This document shows positions 60,170 through 63,968 of a stretch of DNA of 63,968 nt, piece after piece. A model generated the notes under the pieces. That model was not told the origin of the DNA. It saw only the letters and a program-made list of their open reading frames with translations, and did no database searches. The translations under genes and the position numbers were made by a program. Source of the DNA: Candidatus Planktophila sp. (lineage in GTDB: Bacteria; Actinomycetota; Actinomycetes; Nanopelagicales; Nanopelagicaceae); contig CAXNJS010000001.1 in assembly GCA_964202795.1 (NCBI GenBank), positions 1-63,968 of the forward strand, read 5' to 3'. How positions within the stretch are numbered: position 1 is the stretch's first letter; every line of letters begins with the position of its first letter.

Positions 60170-61324
60170 ATGAACCAGAAGATCCAGCGTTCACTTGCCG
60201 TTGTTTCAGCAGCAGCACTCGTATTTGGAGTTGCAGCAGCACAGACATCAGCAAACGCAGCACCAAAGACTGTTTATATTGCATACCAGGGTCCACTATC
60301 TGGTGGCGAAGCATCAACTGGTACTGACGAGCAGAATGCAGTTAAGTATGCAATCAAGCTTTTCAATGCAAAGAACAAAGCAACTTACAACGTAAAGCTA
60401 GTTTCAGTTGACGATCAAGGCGACCCAGCAGTAGCTGGAACAGTTGCTCCAGGAATTGGCAAGAACAAGGCAATCCTTGGCGTAGTTGGACCTGCATACT
60501 CAGGCGCAACAATCGCATCACTACCTTTCTACAAGGCTGGCGGATTAGTAATGATCTCTCCATCAGCAACTCGCGTATCTCTAACAGATTCAGGTTCACC
60601 TGACTTCGGTGGTCCAGTATTCCACCGCGTAGTTGGTAAGGACGATCTACAGGGTCCAGCACTAGCTAAGTACGCAACACAGGGTGTATCGAATGCAAAG
60701 GTTTTCGTTTTCGATGACCAATCTTCATACGCTGTACCACTAGCTGGTTACGTAACAGGCGGTCTTAAGAAGGTTGCGGGAGCATCACTTGTTGGAACTG
60801 ACTCAGTTCCAAATACAACAACTGACTTCTCTCCAACAATCGCAAAGATCAAGACATCAGGTGCAACCGTTGTTATTTACACCGGTTACTACAGCCAAGC
60901 AGCAGTATTCATCAAGCAACTACGTGACTCAGGTTCAAAGGCGATCTTCGCTGGCGGCGACGGAGTCTTCAACCAGGAGTTCCCAAAGCTTGCGGGCGCT
61001 TCAGCTGAAGGTTCACGTGTTACTGGTGTAGGCGGCCTTGCTGGCGTTAGCGAAAAGCTTGAAGCCGATTACAAGAAGTCAATGGGCGTTTCATCAGGTG
61101 TGTATTCAGTTGAATCACTAGATGCAGCAAACATCCTGCTTCAAGGAATCGCAAAGGGCAACACAACCCGTGCCAAGATGCTTGCTTGGGTTAAGGCCTA
61201 TAACGGCAAGAGCATCACTGGCAACACCATTAAGTTCTCTGCAAATGGCGACATTTCATACGGACTCTTTGCTGGTTTCACCACAAAGGATGGCGTTCTA
61301 GTTAACACAGGTATCGTTAAGTAA
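60170..61324 (+). CDS. livK: Branched-chain amino acid ABC transporter substrate-binding protein (LivJ/K)
   Basis: GPLSG, DDQGDP, GVVGPAYSG, ISPSAT and TDFS motifs; signal peptide; GGAAAGG SD. Confidence 0.9.
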   Translation: MNQKIQRSLAVVSAAALVFGVAAAQTSANAAPKTVYIAYQGPLSGGEASTGTDEQNAVKYAIKLFNAKNKATYNVKLVSVDDQGDPAVAGTVAPGIGKNKAILGVVGPAYSGATIASLPFYKAGGLVMISPSATRVSLTDSGSPDFGGPVFHRVVGKDDLQGPALAKYATQGVSNAKVFVFDDQSSYAVPLAGYVTGGLKKVAGASLVGTDSVPNTTTDFSPTIAKIKTSGATVVIYTGYYSQAAVFIKQLRDSGSKAIFAGGDGVFNQEFPKLAGASAEGSRVTGVGGLAGVSEKLEADYKKSMGVSSGVYSVESLDAANILLQGIAKGNTTRAKMLAWVKAYNGKSITGNTIKFSANGDISYGLFAGFTTKDGVLVNTGIVK

Positions 61325-61343
61325 TTAACAAAGCCTAAGTAGT

Positions 61344-61398
61344 AAATGGGTGCTCTATCTCTCGAAAGAGGGGTAGAGCACCCATTTCTTTGATTTTT
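61344..61398 (+). terminator. Strong hairpin after livK (terminator or mRNA stabiliser)
   Basis: 20-bp stem AAATGGGTGCTCTATCTCTC-GAAA-GAGGGGTAGAGCACCCATTT followed by a T-rich tract. Confidence 0.8.
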
Positions 61399-61442
61399 CG
61401 ACTATCTTTGCCCAACGCGGGTTTGCGGGTAAGAGGAGATAC

Positions 61443-62393
61443 ATGTTTGAAGTACTGATTGACCAGTTCTGGTCTTTGACCATTGCTGGAGTTGCCTTGG
61501 GCTTCATCTACGTACTGGTCTCCCTTGGTTACACCATGGTTTACGGCGTTTTACGCATGATTAACTTTGCGAACTCCGAAATCTTCATGTGGGGAACATT
61601 CGGCACGATCATTACCTCGCGAGACATCTTTGGTTATACCCAAACATCAGCCCCCGCAACTGGCCCTAAATTGGCGCTAGTTCTGCTTAGCCAACTATTG
61701 ATGTCAATGGCAGTCGCTGGCTTAACTGCAGTCTTTGTGGAATATGTTGCATATCGCCGTTTGCGCGCAAAAGGCACCAACCGCCTAGCAACTTTGATTT
61801 CAGCAATCGGAATTTCAATCGTGCTGTCAGAGTTAATGCGCTTGCTGACGGATTCTCGCCCAGTGGGCTCACCACGTGTGCTTGAGAAAATAATTTTAGG
61901 CGAAGTATGGGGCGCAAATCTCCGCCTCGATACCATCGTGACAATTTTTGCAGCAGCTGGCATCTACTTCTTGCTAGAGCGATTCGTAAAGTTATCTCGT
62001 ATGGGTAAAGCTATCCGTGCAGTTTCTATGAATGAAGATGCTGCCAAGTTGATGGGTGTTAACTTAAACCGAGTTATTACAACCACCTTCCTTGTTGGTG
62101 GTTTAGCAACAGGTGCTGCGGCATTCTTCTACATCACAGTATTTGAATACACTAAATTTAATATTGGATTCACCATGGGCATGGCAGCATTTACCGCAGC
62201 TGTGCTTGGTGGAATTGGCAATATCCGAGGCGCTTTCTACGGTGGGCTATTCCTTGGCTTGCTCGAGGTTTATGCCTCCGCTGTGCTTGGCACGCAATGG
62301 AAAGCAGTGACCGTATTCGTCGTATTGGTATTAGTGCTCCTCTTTAAACCGAATGGTTTATTTGGCGAAGCTGTTCAGACGACGAGGGCGTAA
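61443..62393 (+). CDS. livH: BCAA ABC transporter permease LivH
   Basis: LGYTMVYGVLRMINFA, AFTAAVLGGIG and KPNGLFG motifs. Confidence 0.92.
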   Translation: MFEVLIDQFWSLTIAGVALGFIYVLVSLGYTMVYGVLRMINFANSEIFMWGTFGTIITSRDIFGYTQTSAPATGPKLALVLLSQLLMSMAVAGLTAVFVEYVAYRRLRAKGTNRLATLISAIGISIVLSELMRLLTDSRPVGSPRVLEKIILGEVWGANLRLDTIVTIFAAAGIYFLLERFVKLSRMGKAIRAVSMNEDAAKLMGVNLNRVITTTFLVGGLATGAAAFFYITVFEYTKFNIGFTMGMAAFTAAVLGGIGNIRGAFYGGLFLGLLEVYASAVLGTQWKAVTVFVVLVLVLLFKPNGLFGEAVQTTRA

Positions 62394-62395
62394 TT

Positions 62396-63433
62396 ATGAA
62401 AATACGTAACTACTGGAACCTTCGCGATTTTGGTGCCAATGTTTGGGAGAACGCCGGCCGCCCTGTGCGAGTAGCAATTGTTCTGATTTCAATTGTCCTA
62501 GTGGGACTTCTACCATTTATGGGTGGCAGCATTTTGGCTACGCCGATTGCTTCCTTTGATGCAGTACTTGTGTACCCAGTGGGCATGTTTGTTTTAATGT
62601 CACTTGGCTTAAATATTGTGGTGGGCAAGTCCGGCATGCTTGATCTTGGTTATGTGGCTTTCTTCGCAATCGGTGCTTACACGATGGCCATTCTAGGAAC
62701 TACAACGAAGTTAAACACTTGGGAAGTTATGCCAATCGGCATTGCCTTGTCGATGCTTGCCGGCGTCCTACTTGGAATTCCAACACTTCGTCTGCGCGGT
62801 GATTATTTAGCGATCGTAACTCTAGGCTTCGGTGAAATTGTTCGTTTAGTGTTGCTGAACTCATCTTGGTCAAAAGGACCAAACGGAATTGCAAATGTTC
62901 CGATGCCACCAAATATTGGCCCCTTAAAGTTTGAACTTGAAAATCAAAGAGTTTTCTTCTGGGTGGTTATGGCAATGATCCTATTAACGATCTGGATGAT
63001 TCGTCGCCTAACAGTGCGTCGCCCTGGTCGTGCTTGGGAAGCAATTCGCCAAGATGAAGATGCTGCTGAACTTATGGGTGTGCATACGCTTAAGTACAAG
63101 ATTTGGTCATTTACCTTAGGCGCAGCCGTTGGTGGCGCCGCAGGCGTTCTATATGCATCAAAGAATCTATACATTGCACCAGAAATGTTTACGCTTAACG
63201 TTTCGATTTTGATCTTGGCTTGCGTGGTATTTGGTGGAATCGGAAATATCTGGGGCGTAGTAATTGGTGCAACAATTTTGGGTTATTTGCCAGATCGAAT
63301 CCGATTTATCTCTGATGCTCGTCTTTTAGTATTCGGCTTAGTTCTAGTTATCGTAATGAACTTCCGCCCAGATGGCCTATTGCCTCGCAAGAAGCGCGAG
63401 AAAGCCATCGTTAAGAGAGAGGCGAACGCGTAA
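62396..63433 (+). CDS. livM: BCAA ABC transporter permease LivM
   Basis: GLNIVVG, LDLGYVAFFAIGAY and LRLRGDYLAIVTLGFGEI motifs. Confidence 0.93.
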   Translation: MKIRNYWNLRDFGANVWENAGRPVRVAIVLISIVLVGLLPFMGGSILATPIASFDAVLVYPVGMFVLMSLGLNIVVGKSGMLDLGYVAFFAIGAYTMAILGTTTKLNTWEVMPIGIALSMLAGVLLGIPTLRLRGDYLAIVTLGFGEIVRLVLLNSSWSKGPNGIANVPMPPNIGPLKFELENQRVFFWVVMAMILLTIWMIRRLTVRRPGRAWEAIRQDEDAAELMGVHTLKYKIWSFTLGAAVGGAAGVLYASKNLYIAPEMFTLNVSILILACVVFGGIGNIWGVVIGATILGYLPDRIRFISDARLLVFGLVLVIVMNFRPDGLLPRKKREKAIVKREANA

Positions 63434-63968
63434 TGGCTAGCACCGGAAAAACTTTATTAAAGCTCGATAACGTCACCATGAAGTTTGGTGGCGTAACTGC
63501 GCTAAATGGCGTAAACCTGGAAGTAAAAGAGGGCGAAATCTTGGCCCTCATCGGTCCCAACGGCGCCGGAAAGACCACAGTCTTTAACGTAATCACTGGT
63601 GTTTACAAGCAGACCAGTGGCATTGTTGATTTTGATGGCACTTCACTTGGTAACCAAAAGCGTTATCAAGTAACAGCACTCGGTGTTGCTCGCACCTTTC
63701 AGAACATTCGTCTCTGGGGCGATATGACCGCACTTGAAAATGTCATCACTGCAACTGATGTACATAAGAAGAGCGGCTTAGTCGGTGCGCTATTTGGTTT
63801 CCCACGTGCTCGTCGCGAGGAAACTGAAAACCGCGAACGTGCCATGGAAATTTTGCGCTTTATTGGTATCGATGAATATTCAGATCGCTTGGCTAAGAAC
63901 TTGCCATATGGTGTTCAGCGTCGTCTAGAGATTGCTCGCGCACTCGGAACCGGACCTAAGTTAGTTCT
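63433..63968 (+). CDS. livG: BCAA ABC transporter ATP-binding protein LivG (partial, runs off the window)
   Basis: Translated manually: MASTGKTLLKLDNVTMKFGG...GPNGAGKTT...ARTFQNIRL...LPYGVQRRLEIARAL; no stop before the window end. Confidence 0.92.
   Translation, partial: MASTGKTLLKLDNVTMKFGGVTALNGVNLEVKEGEILALIGPNGAGKTTVFNVITGVYKQTSGIVDFDGTSLGNQKRYQVTALGVARTFQNIRLWGDMTALENVITATDVHKKSGLVGALFGFPRARREETENRERAMEILRFIGIDEYSDRLAKNLPYGVQRRLEIARALGTGPKLV

Overview
Core-chromosome segment of a small-genome, low-GC (roughly mid-40s %, by eye) Actinobacterium. Gene content and order plus extreme gene compaction point to the freshwater acI lineage (Ca. Nanopelagicales/Planktophila-like); this assignment is inference. 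From left to right: a carotenoid-tailoring operon (crtA, cruF, GT2, CrtI/CrtD-family desaturase); ybaK, tauE and doxX; a LexA/PafBC-type DNA-damage operon (small DUF6504-like gene, dnaE2, dinB); the dcw cluster (mraZ to yggT, with MraZ boxes and an mraW RNA motif, but no divIVA); T-box-controlled ileS; a histone-H1-like DksA; lspA, rluD and dnaE1; his and trp genes; mauE, dsbA and lgt; VIT1; gltBD; pyk; a short-variable-arm tRNA-Leu(CAA) abutting an ANTAR regulator; and a liv ABC transporter that runs off the window. No mobile elements, CRISPR arrays or rRNA were seen. The best candidate for an undescribed system is the non-canonical mutasome: a stand-alone ImuB-C-like protein, a DnaE2 with its own clamp motif, and a catalytically intact DinB, with no ImuA/ImuB, under dual LexA and PafBC-type control. 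Other leads: the mraW-RNA loop is complementary to the mraZ and rsmH ribosome-binding regions, the tRNA is fused to the pdtaR start, leaderless promoters are pervasive, divIVA is missing, and a 58-aa trp-operon ORF was missed by the ORF track. All family calls come from motif recognition, not from database searches.
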